Origin: Paraconexibacteraceae bacterium
GTDB lineage: Bacteria; Actinomycetota; Thermoleophilia; Solirubrobacterales; Solirubrobacteraceae
DNA length: 64,000 nucleotides
NCBI GenBank assembly: GCA_963750375.1
Contig: CAVVQN010000021.1
Coordinates: forward strand, 44,037 to 108,036
Direction: 5' to 3'
The first letter of the stretch is position 1; every line of letters starts with the position of its first letter. The notes under the pieces were generated by a model that was not told the DNA's origin, did no database searches, and worked only from the letters and a program-made list of their open reading frames with translations. The position numbers and the translations under genes are program-made. This document shows, piece by piece, positions 19,985-30,519 of the stretch.

Positions 19985-21118
19985 TCACCCGACCTCGGCG
20001 ACCTGGAGATGCCGCGTCCAGCGCTCCTCGATCCGGCCGAAGCGCCAGATCGTCAGGGCGAGGACCCAGGTGACGACGAAGAGGCCGACGATGAAGAAGC
20101 CGATGAGGTTGAAGTCCACACCGTTGATCCGGTCCCAGAAGCCGCCGGTCAGCTCGGCGCGGTCGGAGAGCACCTGCAGTGCCTCGATGGAGCCGATGAG
20201 CAGCGCGACCGCCACCGACAGGGCGGTGATCGTGATGTTGTAGAAGACCTTGCGCACCGGCTGCGAGAAGGCCCACCCGTAGGCGAAGTTCATGAACGCG
20301 CCGTCGATCGTGTCAAGCAGCGACATCCCGGCCGCGAACAGGATCGGCAGGCAGAGGATCGCGTAGAACGGCAGCCCACCCGTGGCGGCCGCGCCGGCGG
20401 TCGCCAGCAGCGCGATCTCGGTGGCGGTGTCGAATCCGAGCCCGAAGAGCAGGCCGAGCGGGTACATGTGCCACGGCTTCTTCACCGCTCGTGTCGCCCG
20501 ACCGAGGAAGCGGTTCATCAAGCCGCGGCTGTTGAGCTGCTCCTCCAGTTGCGCCTCGTCGAACTCGCCGTGGCGCATGCGACGGAACACCCCGACGATG
20601 CCGACGCAGCACGACGAGGTTGATGATCCCGATGAGGAGCAGGAAGCCGCCGGACACGGCGGGTCCGATCACGGCGGTGGCCTGGTTGAGGCCAGAGCCT
20701 CCGTCCGCCACGTCCCCGCTCAGGCCCTTGACGCCGACGGCGAACGCGGCCGCCAGGAGGAAGACGATCGTCGAGTGTCCGAGCGAGAAGAAGAAGCCGA
20801 CGCTCAGCGGGCGCTGCCCGTCGGACATGAGCTTCCGCGTCGTGTTGTCGATCGCCCCGATGTGGTCGGCGTCGAACGCATGTCGCAGCCCGAGCGTGTA
20901 CGCCGTGATGCCGATGCCCACCCCGAACACGCCGGTGCCGGCGCGCCCTGGTGCAGGTGGCCCGGGACCACGAGCCAGAACAGCAGCCCGAAACCGAGGA
21001 CGTGCAGGCCGACGATGACGCCCGCCAGGCCCGCCACGCGGCGCCATTCCGCCGCGGTGAGCGACCCGCGCAGCCGGTCCCAGCGTCCCGCGATGTGCGG
21101 TGCTGCGACCGTGCTCAT
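19985..21118 (-). CDS. High-affinity nickel/cobalt permease, NiCoT (HoxN/HupN/NixA) family (frameshifted)
   Basis: LGLRHAFDADHI, FSLGHSTIV, LFGLGFDTATE, FAAGMSLLDT. Confidence 0.95.
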
Positions 21119-21173
21119 GGTCTGCTCCCCTCGCCGGACGTGGTGGCGGACGGCTCCGTCACGCTGAGGTTCG

Positions 21174-21202
21174 AACCTAACGCAACTCACTGTCAACTGC
21201 AA
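21174..21202 (-). promoter_or_regulatory. Sigma70-type promoter for the NiCoT gene with a Fur-box-like spacer
   Basis: Minus strand TTGCAG-N17-TAGGTT; spacer TTGACAGTGAGTTGCGT. Confidence 0.55.
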
Positions 21203-21275
21203 TGCCCTGTTGGTCGCCCAGGCGCTCGTCGCTCGGCGTAGTGTCTGTGCAGGCCACCGACCAGGGGAGCACCGC

Positions 21276-22739
21276 ATGTCCACCACCCAGCACGACAGCC
21301 CGACCGACACCGAGGACGCCGCCGCCGTCGAGGAGCTCCACGCGATCGTCGCGCGTCAGCGCGCGGCGTTTCTGGCTGACCCGTATCCGTCACTGGAGGA
21401 GCGGCGCGAGCTCCTGGGCGCGCTTGCCGGGATGGTCATGTCCCATCGCACGCAGATCCAGGAGGCGATGAGCGCGGACTTCGGCGTGCACCCCACGCTG
21501 GCGACCGACCTCATCGAGGTGCTGGGGGTGGCCGGGCGCGCCGCCTTCGTCGCCGAGCAGTCGGAGGCCTGGATGGCCCCCGAGCCCCGCTTCGCCGATC
21601 CCGCCCTGTTCGGCACCGGCCGTGCGTTCATCCAGCCCCAGCCCAAGGGCGTGGTCGGGAACATCAGCCCCTGGAACTTCCCCTTCGACCTGTCGGTCGG
21701 CCCGCTCGTCGAGATGCTCGCGGCCGGCAACCGCGTCGTCCTGAAGCCGTCCGAGTACGCGCCCGCCTGCTCGCAGCTGCTGCAGGACATGATCCGGGCG
21801 ACCTTCGACAGCGACCGCGTGGACGTCGTGGTCGGCGGCCTGGAGCTCGCGCAGGCGTTCACCCGCGTGCGCTGGGACCACCTGCTCTACACGGGCAGCC
21901 CCGAGGTCGGGCAGCGCATCGCGATGGCCGCAGCCGAGCACCTCGTGCCGGTCACGCTGGAGCTCGGCGGCAAGTGTCCGGCGATCCTCACGGAGGACTC
22001 CGTCGACGCCGAATCGGTGAAGCAGGTCCTCGGGACCAAGGCCCTGAAGAACGGGCAGATGTGCATCTCGGTCGACTACTGCCTCGTGCCGCGCGCGCGG
22101 CTGGAGGACTTCGCCCGCCTCGCCGCCGAGCACGTCCGGGAGAACGATGCCCGGCTCACGCGACCTCGGCCGACAACACGGGCATCATCACGACGCGTCA
22201 CCTCGAGCGGATCGAGGGGCTCTGGAGGACGCGCGCGCGCGCGGCTGCGACGTGCGGACCCTCGGGGAGGCCGGCACCGTGGATCCGGAGCGCCGCCAGC
22301 TGCCATTGACCCTCGTCATCGATCCGCCGGACGACCTGCAGCTCATGCAGGAGGAGATCTTCGGCCCGATCCTCCCTGTGGTGGCCTACGACACGCTCGA
22401 CGAAGCGCTCGCCCAGGTCAACGCCGGCGAGCGTCCGCTGGCGCTCTACGTCTTCGCCCAGGACGAGGACGGTCCGACGACGTGCTGCGGCGCACGACCT
22501 CCGGCGGCGCCTGCGTGAACGCCGCCGCCGTCCACGGCGCGCTGCCCTCGCTGCCGTTCGGCGGCACGGGCCAGAGCGGCTCGGGTCGCCACCACGGCGT
22601 CGAGGGCTTCCGCGAGTTCTCCAACCCGCGCGGGGTGTTCGTCCGCGGCGAGGACGACCTGATCGAGGCGTTCGTCCCGCCGTACGGCGCGGTCGCCCAG
22701 GCGGTGGTCGGCGCCGCGTTCGAGCAGGCCGGCGGTTAG
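21276..22739 (+). CDS. Aldehyde dehydrogenase, coniferyl-aldehyde/ALDH3-like (frameshifted)
   Basis: PWNFP, LKPSE, YTGS, TLELGGK, NGQMC, EEIFGP, PFGG. Confidence 0.92.
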   Translation: MSTTQHDSPTDTEDAAAVEELHAIVARQRAAFLADPYPSLEERRELLGALAGMVMSHRTQIQEAMSADFGVHPTLATDLIEVLGVAGRAAFVAEQSEAWMAPEPRFADPALFGTGRAFIQPQPKGVVGNISPWNFPFDLSVGPLVEMLAAGNRVVLKPSEYAPACSQLLQDMIRATFDSDRVDVVVGGLELAQAFTRVRWDHLLYTGSPEVGQRIAMAAAEHLVPVTLELGGKCPAILTEDSVDAESVKQVLGTKALKNGQMCISVDYCLVPRARLEDFARLAAEHVRENDARLTRPRPTTRASSRRVTSSGSRGSGGRARARLRRADPRGGRHRGSGAPPAAIDPRHRSAGRPAAHAGGDLRPDPPCGGLRHARRSARPGQRRRASAGALRLRPGRGRSDDVLRRTTSGGACVNAAAVHGALPSLPFGGTGQSGSGRHHGVEGFREFSNPRGVFVRGEDDLIEAFVPPYGAVAQAVVGAAFEQAGG

Positions 22740-22770
22740 GTAGCAGGGGGCGGGCACGCCGCCCTGCCCG

Positions 22771-23661
22771 TCACGACGCGCGGGCCACGGTCCGTTGGAT
22801 GCCGTCGAGCACCGTGGGCCATGTCCACCGGGCGAGGTCGTGTCCCATGTCCGGGATCTCGAGCAGCTCGGCGGTCGGGATCGCCGCGGCCGTGGCGCGC
22901 CCGCCTGACGGCAGGACGACACGGTCGTGCAGGCCGTGGATGACGAGCGCCGGCATCCCCAGCGCGCCCAGGTCGGCCGTCCGATCGCGCTCGGCGAGGA
23001 TCGCCGCGAGCTGGCGGCCCGAGCCGCTGCCGTCGCCGGCCTCCCGCGCCAGGGACCGCCGCATCGCGACCCGGACGTCTTCGTCGTCCTCGGCGGTCCG
23101 TCCGCGTGAGCCGATGCGATGGAAGGTCTTGACGAGGTGCTCCGTCGCGCCCGCCGGATCGCTCGGCCCCGAGCGCAGGAACTCCGGGATCATCCGCGCG
23201 CGACACCTTGCCGGTGCGGCCGTCGCCCGGCCGGCCCATGATCGACACGAGCGACCGGGTCCGGGCCGGGTGGCGGATCGCCACCTCCTGCGCGATCAGC
23301 GAGCCGAGCGAGACGCCGACGACGTGCGCGCCGCGTCCGGGTCGACAGGTGTGCGATGAGCGCCGCCGGCGTCGTCGGCCATGTCGCCGAGCGTGTACGT
23401 CGGCGTCGCACGACGGCGCAGGAACCCCAGCGCCGACGGCGCCCGGGCCCGCGGAATGCGGTCGAGCGGCCGACGTCGCGGTTGTCGAAGCGCACCACGC
23501 GAGGCCGCGGGCGGCCAGGTCGGCGCAGAAGTCGTCGCGCCACCAGCATGAGGTCCAGCCCGAGCCCCATGACGAGCAGCACGAGCGGCCGTCCGCAGGG
23601 TCGCCGAACTCCTCGAAGCAGAGCCGCACCCGCGGCCGAGCCGCGAAGCGCTCCTGCTCAC
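22771..23661 (-). CDS. Alpha/beta hydrolase (frameshifted)
   Basis: EEFGDP, RFDNRDVGRS, HVVGVSLG, LVIHG..D, MGHDL. Confidence 0.85.
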
Positions 23662-24470
23662 GACGTCGAGGTCGACTTGCGGCGGCAGCGGGACGAAGCC
23701 GCGACGTGCGCTCGACGTACTCCTTGTAGCCCGGGCGGCGCTCGCCGATGTCCTTCTCCAGCAGCCCGGCGCCCGAGACCCGGACGAGCAGGACGGTCAT
23801 CGCCAACGGCCCGACGAAGGTCCACCAGGTGCCGCCGGCGGTCAGCGCCACCAGCCAGACCCCCACCACACGCACGCGTCGCCGAAGTAGTTCGGGTGGC
23901 GCGTGTAGTGCCACAGGCCTTGGTCCATGACCTGGCCCTTCGACGACGGGTCGGCCTTGAAGGCCCGCAGCTGCGCGTCGCCGACCGTCTCGAAGGCCAG
24001 GCCCACCGCCCAGACGAGACGCCGGGGACGACGAGCAGCCCGAGCTCCGGCGAGCCCTGCGCCGCAGCTTGCAGCGGCAACGACACGAGCAGGACGAGCA
24101 GGCCCTGGGTCCCGAAGATCCAGACGAGCGACCAGAGGTTGAAGTTCTCGTGCTGCTCGCGCATCTTCGCGTAGCGGCGGTCCTCCTCCGGCTCGTGGGC
24201 CTTGCGGACGGCCAGGTGCCAGCCCAGCCGCGCTCCCCACGCGACGACCATCGCCGCCAGCAACCAGCGGCGCCCACCGTCCCCGTCCCCGGCGATCGCG
24301 GCGACCACCCCGACGAGGGCGAGCGCGGGCCCCCAGACGGGATCGATGATCGAGACGTCCTGCCGGCGGATGCTCAGCAGCCACACCGCGAGCATGAGGA
24401 CGAGGACCGCGGCGGCCGCGAACGCCAGCACGACGCCAGGACCGGTGAGAGAGAGCGCAAGCGGGGTCAT
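23658..24470 (-). CDS. DUF1295 (steroid 5-alpha-reductase-like) membrane protein (frameshifted)
   Basis: IIDPVWG, EDRRY, ETVGDAQL, GLWHYTRHPNYFGD, VSGAGLLE, YKEYVERTS. Confidence 0.88.
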   Translation of the reverse strand: MTPLALSLTGPGVVLAFAAAAVLVLMLAVWLLSIRRQDVSIIDPVWGPALALVGVVAAIAGDGDGGRRWLLAAMVVAWGARLGWHLAVRKAHEPEEDRRYAKMREQHENFNLWSLVWIFGTQGLLVLLVSLPLQAAAQGSPELGLLVVPGVSSGRWAWPSRRSATRSCGPSRPTRRRRARSWTKACGTTRATRTTSATRACGGGLAGGADRRRHLVDLRRAVGDDRPARPGLGRRAAGEGHRRAPPGLQGVRRAHVAASSRCRRKSTSTS

Positions 24471-24555
24471 AGGAGGCATTACGCTCTCCGCGCCCATCCG
24501 GAGCACCGAGGGTGCAGCTTTTGCCCCCGGCAGGCCGGTTCAACCCGTCGACGCC

Positions 24556-24846
24556 TCAGCCGGCAGCGCGCGCACCCTGCACCGCGAACCGCGCCGCCGA
24601 GCGGGCGCGGGCCTTGGCGGCCTCCACGTCCCGGTCCTTCGGCGGAGCCGTCGTCACGAGCTCATCCAGCAGTCGCGCGGTCGTGGCCGCCACCGCATCG
24701 ACGGCGCGCTCGTACGCCGCCTCGTTCGCCTTGGACGGCTTCGTGAACCCTCCGACCTTGCGGACGTACTGCACGGCTGCGGCACGGATCTCGTCCTGGG
24801 ACGACGGCGGCGAGAAGTTGTGGAGTTGACGGATGTTGCGGCACAT
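24556..24846 (-). CDS. DUF2277 family protein
   Basis: MCRNIRQLHNFSPP..EIRAAAVQYVRKV.G..KPS. Confidence 0.9.
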   Translation of the reverse strand: MCRNIRQLHNFSPPSSQDEIRAAAVQYVRKVGGFTKPSKANEAAYERAVDAVAATTARLLDELVTTAPPKDRDVEAAKARARSAARFAVQGARAAG

Positions 24847-24897
24847 GAGCCAAGGGTAGGACGCCCGGGTGCGTACGCCAAGGGCGCCGGCGTCGTC

Positions 24898-26115
24898 TCA
24901 CGCCCCCAGCTGCATCCGGTCCACGAGGGTCTCGGCGATCGCCAGCGACGAAGTGGCGGCGGGCGACGGTGCGTTGCGCACCCAGACCGTGCGGCCTGCG
25001 TCCTGGATGCGGAAGTCGTCGACAAGCGTGCCGTCGTCGTCGACGGCCTGCGCCCGTACCCCGGCCGGCGCGCGCACCACGTCGTCGTCGCGCAGCTCCG
25101 GGACGTACCGTCGCGCGGCGGCGACAAAGCGCTGACGGCTCAGGGACCGCGCGACCTCCGTCGCCCCAGTCCGCCAGTGGGCGGCGAACAGGCGGCGGGT
25201 CCCGCGGTGGCTCAGGAGGCCGGCGACGTCACCGGGCACGACGTCGCCCCACCGGTACCCCTCGCGCGCCAAGGCCAGGACGGCGTTCGGGCCGACGAGC
25301 ACAGCGCCGTCCACGCGCTTTGTGAGGTGCACGCCGAGAAACGGCAGCGCCGGGTCCGGCACCGGATAGATCAGCCCGCGGACGAGGTGCTCGCGTTCGG
25401 GCCGCAGTTGCCAGTACTCACCGCGGAAGGGGACGACACGTGGCGACGGGGACAGGCCCGATGCCCCCGCAAGGACGTCTGCGTGCAGACCGGCGCAGAC
25501 CAGCACATGGTCGGCGGGTAGCCGCTCGCCTTCCGCGGTCGACAGCACCGCGCCATCGGCCTCCTCCCGCACCCGCTGCACGGTGACGCCGAGGCGCACC
25601 TCTCCGCCGCGCGCCCGGACCTCGTCGGCCAGCGCCTGCGCGACGGCGACGTAGTCGACGATCGCCGTCTGCGGGGAGTGCAGCGCCGCGATCCCGCCGA
25701 CGTGGGGCTCGACCTCCCGCATCGCCTCGACGTCGGACAGGCGCGTGACCCCGGGGACCCCGTTGCGGTGGGCCCTGGCCTCGATGTCCGCCAGGCGGCC
25801 GAGCTCCCCGGCGTCGGTCGCCACGATGAGCTTGCCGCAGCGGTCGAACGTGATCCCGTGCTCGGCGCAGAACGCTTCCAAGAGCGTGGACCCCCGGCGG
25901 CAGAGCGTCGCCTTCAGCGAGCCGGGCGCGTAATAGAGGCCGGCGTGCACGACGCCGCTGTTGCGTCCGGTCTGATGGGTCGCGACGCGCGCCTCCTTCT
26001 CCAGGACGGTGACCGTCGCGGCCGGGTGGCGTTCGGCGATCAGCCGCGCCGACGCCAGCCCGAGGATCCCCCCGCCGACCACGACGACCCGTGGCCCGTC
26101 TGGTCCGGCCCTCAC
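24898..26115 (-). CDS. lhgO: L-2-hydroxyglutarate oxidase
   Basis: GGGILG, HQTGRNSGVVHAG, PFRGEY, IYPVPDP..PFLGVH, GVRAQA, NAPSPAATSS. Confidence 0.92.
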   Translation of the reverse strand: MRAGPDGPRVVVVGGGILGLASARLIAERHPAATVTVLEKEARVATHQTGRNSGVVHAGLYYAPGSLKATLCRRGSTLLEAFCAEHGITFDRCGKLIVATDAGELGRLADIEARAHRNGVPGVTRLSDVEAMREVEPHVGGIAALHSPQTAIVDYVAVAQALADEVRARGGEVRLGVTVQRVREEADGAVLSTAEGERLPADHVLVCAGLHADVLAGASGLSPSPRVVPFRGEYWQLRPEREHLVRGLIYPVPDPALPFLGVHLTKRVDGAVLVGPNAVLALAREGYRWGDVVPGDVAGLLSHRGTRRLFAAHWRTGATEVARSLSRQRFVAAARRYVPELRDDDVVRAPAGVRAQAVDDDGTLVDDFRIQDAGRTVWVRNAPSPAATSSLAIAETLVDRMQLGA

Positions 26116-26187
26116 CGTTGCGCTTCCGACAGCCTTGGAGGACCGGTCACGCCCACAGTGTCCCGCAGGGCGCTAGCGTCCGGCGCC

Positions 26188-26484
26188 ATGTCCGTCACCG
26201 CCATCCTTGACCTGCAGATCAAGCCCGACCGCGTCGCAGACGCCCACGCGCTCCTGCAGCGCGTCCTTGCCGACACGCGTGCCTTCGACGGGTGCGAATC
26301 GGTCCACGTCGTGCAGGACCACGCCGACCCGGCGCGGATCCTGGCGATCGAGACGTGGAAGTCGCTGGAGCACGACGCCGCCTACCGGGGGTGGCGCGCC
26401 GGCGACGGGGCGATCACCGAGCTGCCCGAGTTGCTCGCGGGCCCCCCGAAGCTCACCGTCGCGGTGCCCGTCGACGGGGTCTGA
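26188..26484 (+). CDS. Antibiotic biosynthesis monooxygenase (ABM) family protein
   Basis: DTRAFDGC..ETWKSLEHDAAYRGWR; ~98 aa. Confidence 0.85.
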   Translation: MSVTAILDLQIKPDRVADAHALLQRVLADTRAFDGCESVHVVQDHADPARILAIETWKSLEHDAAYRGWRAGDGAITELPELLAGPPKLTVAVPVDGV

Positions 26485-26550
26485 CGACCTGACCGAGCCC
26501 GGCGGGCGGGAACCGGCAGCCGTCGCCCGGGCTTCGGGCACAATGACCGC

Positions 26551-28101
26551 ATGACGCGCACCACCGCAATCGACCACGAGGTCGTCGTCGTCGGCGCCGG
26601 CTTCTCCGGCATCGGCCTGGCCATCAGCCTGGACCGCGCAGGCCTGCACGACTACCTCATCGTCGAGGAAGGCGAGGGCTTCGGTGGCACCTGGTACTGG
26701 AACACCTACCCGGGCGTCGCGGTCGACATCCCGTCCTTCAGCTACCAGTTCTCCTTCGAGCAGCGCTCGGACTGGTCGCGGGTCTACGCTCCGGGCGAGG
26801 AGCTCCGGGCCTACGCCGAGCACTGCGTGGACCGGTACGGCCTGCGCGAGAAGGCCCGCTTCGGCACCCGCGTGACGGCAGGGACGTTCGACGAGGACGA
26901 GCTCGTCTGGCGGCTGCAGACGACGACCGGCGACCTCGTCGCGCGCCACGTCATCGACGCGACGGGCGTGCTGACGCAGCCCAAGGCTCCGGAGATCGAG
27001 GGCGTCGACACCTTCGCCGGCACGACGCTGCACACCGCGCGCTGGGACCACGACCAGTCGCTTGCGGGCAAGCGGGTGGCCGTCATCGGGACCGGAGCGT
27101 CCGCCGTCCAGCTCATCCCCGCGATCGTCGACGAGGTCGCACACCTGACCGTCTTCCAGCGCACGCCGATCTGGTGCCTGCCCAAGCCCGACGCACCGCT
27201 GCCGGCTCTCGCGGCCGGTGCCCTCGGGCGCGTCCCGGGCGTCAAGCAGCTCGCGCGCGCGGCCAGCCAGGGCTTCGTCGAGCTGACGTTTCCGCTGGCC
27301 GCGCACTACCACAAGGTCATGCCGCTGGCGGGGTTCTTCGAGTCCCGTGCCCGCGCCTACGTCCGCAAGCAGGTCAAGGACCCGGTGCTGCAGGAGAAGC
27401 TGACGCCGAAGTACGGTCTCGGGTGCAAGCGCCCGAGCTTCCACAACTCGTACCTGTCGACGTTCAACCGGCCGGACGTGACGCTGGAGACGACGCCGAT
27501 CGCGCGCGTGACGACCGACGCGGTGGTGACCGAGGACGGCACGGAGCACCCGATCGACGTCCTGATCCTGGCGACCGGCTTCAAGGTCTTCGACCACGGC
27601 AACTTCCCGAAGTATCCGGTCACCGGCCGCGACGGCACCGACCTGGAGGCGTGGTGGGACGAGCATCGCTACCAGGCGTACGAGGGCGTCTCGATCCCCG
27701 GGTTCCCGAACTACTTCACGGTCTTCGGGCCGTACGGGTACAACGGATCGTCGTACTTCACGCTCGTGGAGACGTCGGCCCGGCACATCGTGCGCTGTCT
27801 GAAGCATGTGCGCGAGCAGGGGGCGCAGGCCATCGAGGTCAAGGGCGAGGCGAACGACCGCTTCTTTGCCGAGATGCTCGGCCGGCGCGGCAAACAGGTC
27901 TTCTGGCAGGCCAGCTGCGCGACGGCCAACAGCTACTACTTCGACCGCCACGGGGATGTCCCGCTACGCGCCGCGCCGACGGCCGAAGTCGCCTGGCGCA
28001 GCGGGCACTTCCCGCTGGACGACTACCGCCTCGTGCACGGCACGGACGCCCAGGGCGGGTCCGCCGAGGACAAGCGCCAGGTGGCGCCCGTCCCCGCGTA
28101 G
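26551..28101 (+). CDS. Baeyer-Villiger/flavin-containing monooxygenase
   Basis: GAGFSG, GGTWYWNTYPG, FAGTTLHTARWD (FxGxxxHxxxWD), GTGASA, ATG. Confidence 0.93.
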   Translation: MTRTTAIDHEVVVVGAGFSGIGLAISLDRAGLHDYLIVEEGEGFGGTWYWNTYPGVAVDIPSFSYQFSFEQRSDWSRVYAPGEELRAYAEHCVDRYGLREKARFGTRVTAGTFDEDELVWRLQTTTGDLVARHVIDATGVLTQPKAPEIEGVDTFAGTTLHTARWDHDQSLAGKRVAVIGTGASAVQLIPAIVDEVAHLTVFQRTPIWCLPKPDAPLPALAAGALGRVPGVKQLARAASQGFVELTFPLAAHYHKVMPLAGFFESRARAYVRKQVKDPVLQEKLTPKYGLGCKRPSFHNSYLSTFNRPDVTLETTPIARVTTDAVVTEDGTEHPIDVLILATGFKVFDHGNFPKYPVTGRDGTDLEAWWDEHRYQAYEGVSIPGFPNYFTVFGPYGYNGSSYFTLVETSARHIVRCLKHVREQGAQAIEVKGEANDRFFAEMLGRRGKQVFWQASCATANSYYFDRHGDVPLRAAPTAEVAWRSGHFPLDDYRLVHGTDAQGGSAEDKRQVAPVPA

Positions 28102-28126
28102 ACCCCGGGGACAGCGCGCCGACCGT

Positions 28127-30394
28127 CTACGGCGCGACGCCGGCGAATGCGGCCGCCGGACCGTAGATCCGGTACAGCACGAACGGCGAGGCGGGCGCGC
28201 CCGTGCAGCGTGCGTCAAACAACGCCGAGGCCCTGCCGTCGGGTAGGACGCTGCCGTAACCGACGAGCCGGCGGCCGGTGACCGGCCCGCCGACCCAGTT
28301 GCGCAGGCGGCGCAGGATGCCCGCCCGCACGGGGGCGCTCGCACCGCGCCAGATCGCGCACGTATAGCGTCCGAGCGGCGTGTTCGTCACGGTTGCGGGT
28401 GTGAGCCACGAGCCGCCGGTGGCGAAGGCGAACGCAGAGGATCCGGGCAGTGGCGGTCCGCCCCGCCGGGCGAGGTAGGCGCCGAACGGCGCGCACGTCG
28501 GGTTTGCTCCGACGAGGTCGCAGAAGCTCTCCAGCGCCCGGCGGTTGCGCGACGCCGCCCTGCCGCCGGGCTTGCCCGGCGTCTGCGTCCACGTGCAGAG
28601 CTGCTGGTTGCCGTTGGGGTACCCGGAGATCTGAAAGCCCGCCAGGCAGGCGACCAGCTCACCCTCGTTCTGGGGTGAGCCGGTGCCGGTGCTCGAGGAC
28701 GGGTCGGTGCCCTTGGCACAATCGGGCAAGGACGACGGCGAGGTCGTCGCGGCGCGTCCGCCGGGGCCCGTGTTGCCAAACCAGCAGTTGCCCTTGTTGC
28801 CGGGGTACGCGTCCCACCAGAAGTCGGCGGTGCCGTTCGGGCTGACGCTGCCGTCCGGCGCCAGGCCCATCACGTTGCCGCTGAACGTGTTGTTGTGCGA
28901 CGTCGACGTCTTCGTCGGGTCGCAACCCTCGACCGGCGAGCCGATCACCGGCCCGCAGACGGTCACGTCCGGCGCGGAGAAGAGCATGAGGCCGCGCCGC
29001 CGGTTGTCCCAGAAGTGGTTGTTGCGCACGACGTTGTCGTTGCCGCCGGCGATCCACAGCCCGGTCCCGACCGGCGCGGCGATGCTCGGCTTGACGTCGC
29101 TGCCGGCGACGTACGGGTTGAAGTTGTTCGAGTAGAAGTTGTTGTTCTCGATGAGGTCGCCCTGCTGCGGGAAGCCCGGATGGCCAGGGGCCGTGAAGAC
29201 GTCCGTGGTGAAGCCGAGCGCGTTGTCGTAGAAGTTGTTGTCGTGCACGTGGACGGCGCTGCCGTTCGTGCCCGAATAGCCGCCATCGTTGTGGTGGGAG
29301 TCGCAGAAGCGGACCTCTTGGCTGAAGCGAGCCTCTGGGTACACGGTCACGTCGCGCCCGGCGTTGGTCTTCGCGCCGGCGCCGGGGTACAGACCGGAGT
29401 CCCCGCTGCCGGTCGCCTCGCAGTTCTCCATGAGCCCGTGGTCCTCGACGAACGTGAGGACGCCGTAACCGCCCGCGTAGAACGTCTTGAAGCGATCCAG
29501 CCGGTAGCCGTCGGTCTCCAGGATGTACACGCCGTGTTCGCGGGCGTGGCGGATCGCGACGTTGCGCAGCACGAAGCCGTCTGCTCGATCGACGAAGACA
29601 CCGACGTCCTTGCGGTGGCCGACGGCTGACGGGCCGCCGTTGCCCGCCTTCACGTCGCCCGCCTCGATCACGACGTCGTCAGCGCTGACGCCGGAGCCCT
29701 CGATCTGCAGATTGCAGCGCACGCAGCGCCCGAGGTTGGGGATCCCGTGACGGTCCACGCGGGCAGGGTCCGGGTCCCGGCCCGGCCCGATCGCACGGCC
29801 CGTGACGGAGATGAGGTTTGCGTCGTTCGGGCAGTGGACCTGGTAGGCGTACGACAGGGCCCCCGGGTCACCACGGTCGCTGTGCGTGCGATCCGCGGCG
29901 CAGGCCTTGTCGTTCAGCGGCTGCGCCGCCGCCGTCGGCTCGGTGTAGACGCCCGGCAGGATGACGACGCGGTCGTTGTTGCCGGAGACCTTCACGGCCG
30001 GCTGGATCTCGTGCCAGCGGCAGCGCCGCATCAGGCTGCGGTTGAGTGAGCGCAGCCGCCGCGCCGACCTCGCGCTCAGGGTCCGGTGGTCGTTGGGCCG
30101 GATGTCATAGCCGGAGGTGCGCGCCCGCGCGATCGAGCGGTCCAGGCGCTGCAGCGAGTCGGCCTGACAGACGATGTGCGTCGCCCCGGGGCGCTCGCGG
30201 TCAAGGGACGACGCGAGCGAGCGCGTGGCGGGCACGCCACCCCCGGCGCACGGAGCGATCGAGCAGTCCGGCGCGGGGTCGGGCCAGTATCCGCTGCGCT
30301 CGACGTGGGCGGAGGCGGCACCTGCGAAGACGAGCGCGAGACCCGACATTCCGGCCACGGTCAGGGTGCGGGCAGTACGAAGGAGCGTCGACAT
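28127..30394 (-). CDS. Secreted right-handed parallel beta-helix protein
   Basis: Signal peptide ending ASA; GDSGLY, NNFYDN, NNFYSNN, NHFWDN beta-helix turns. Confidence 0.75.
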   Translation of the reverse strand: MSTLLRTARTLTVAGMSGLALVFAGAASAHVERSGYWPDPAPDCSIAPCAGGGVPATRSLASSLDRERPGATHIVCQADSLQRLDRSIARARTSGYDIRPNDHRTLSARSARRLRSLNRSLMRRCRWHEIQPAVKVSGNNDRVVILPGVYTEPTAAAQPLNDKACAADRTHSDRGDPGALSYAYQVHCPNDANLISVTGRAIGPGRDPDPARVDRHGIPNLGRCVRCNLQIEGSGVSADDVVIEAGDVKAGNGGPSAVGHRKDVGVFVDRADGFVLRNVAIRHAREHGVYILETDGYRLDRFKTFYAGGYGVLTFVEDHGLMENCEATGSGDSGLYPGAGAKTNAGRDVTVYPEARFSQEVRFCDSHHNDGGYSGTNGSAVHVHDNNFYDNALGFTTDVFTAPGHPGFPQQGDLIENNNFYSNNFNPYVAGSDVKPSIAAPVGTGLWIAGGNDNVVRNNHFWDNRRRGLMLFSAPDVTVCGPVIGSPVEGCDPTKTSTSHNNTFSGNVMGLAPDGSVSPNGTADFWWDAYPGNKGNCWFGNTGPGGRAATTSPSSLPDCAKGTDPSSSTGTGSPQNEGELVACLAGFQISGYPNGNQQLCTWTQTPGKPGGRAASRNRRALESFCDLVGANPTCAPFGAYLARRGGPPLPGSSAFAFATGGSWLTPATVTNTPLGRYTCAIWRGASAPVRAGILRRLRNWVGGPVTGRRLVGYGSVLPDGRASALFDARCTGAPASPFVLYRIYGPAAAFAGVAP

Positions 30395-30519
30395 CCAGAA
30401 CCTCTCAGAACGCGGGGGGCGGGTCACCCAGGCACGGGGGCCGACACTAACCGAAATCCGGAGCGTCGCCGCGGCGTCGTCTGAGTCCACACGGGCGACG
30501 CGTGCCGCCGGCCGTGTAA

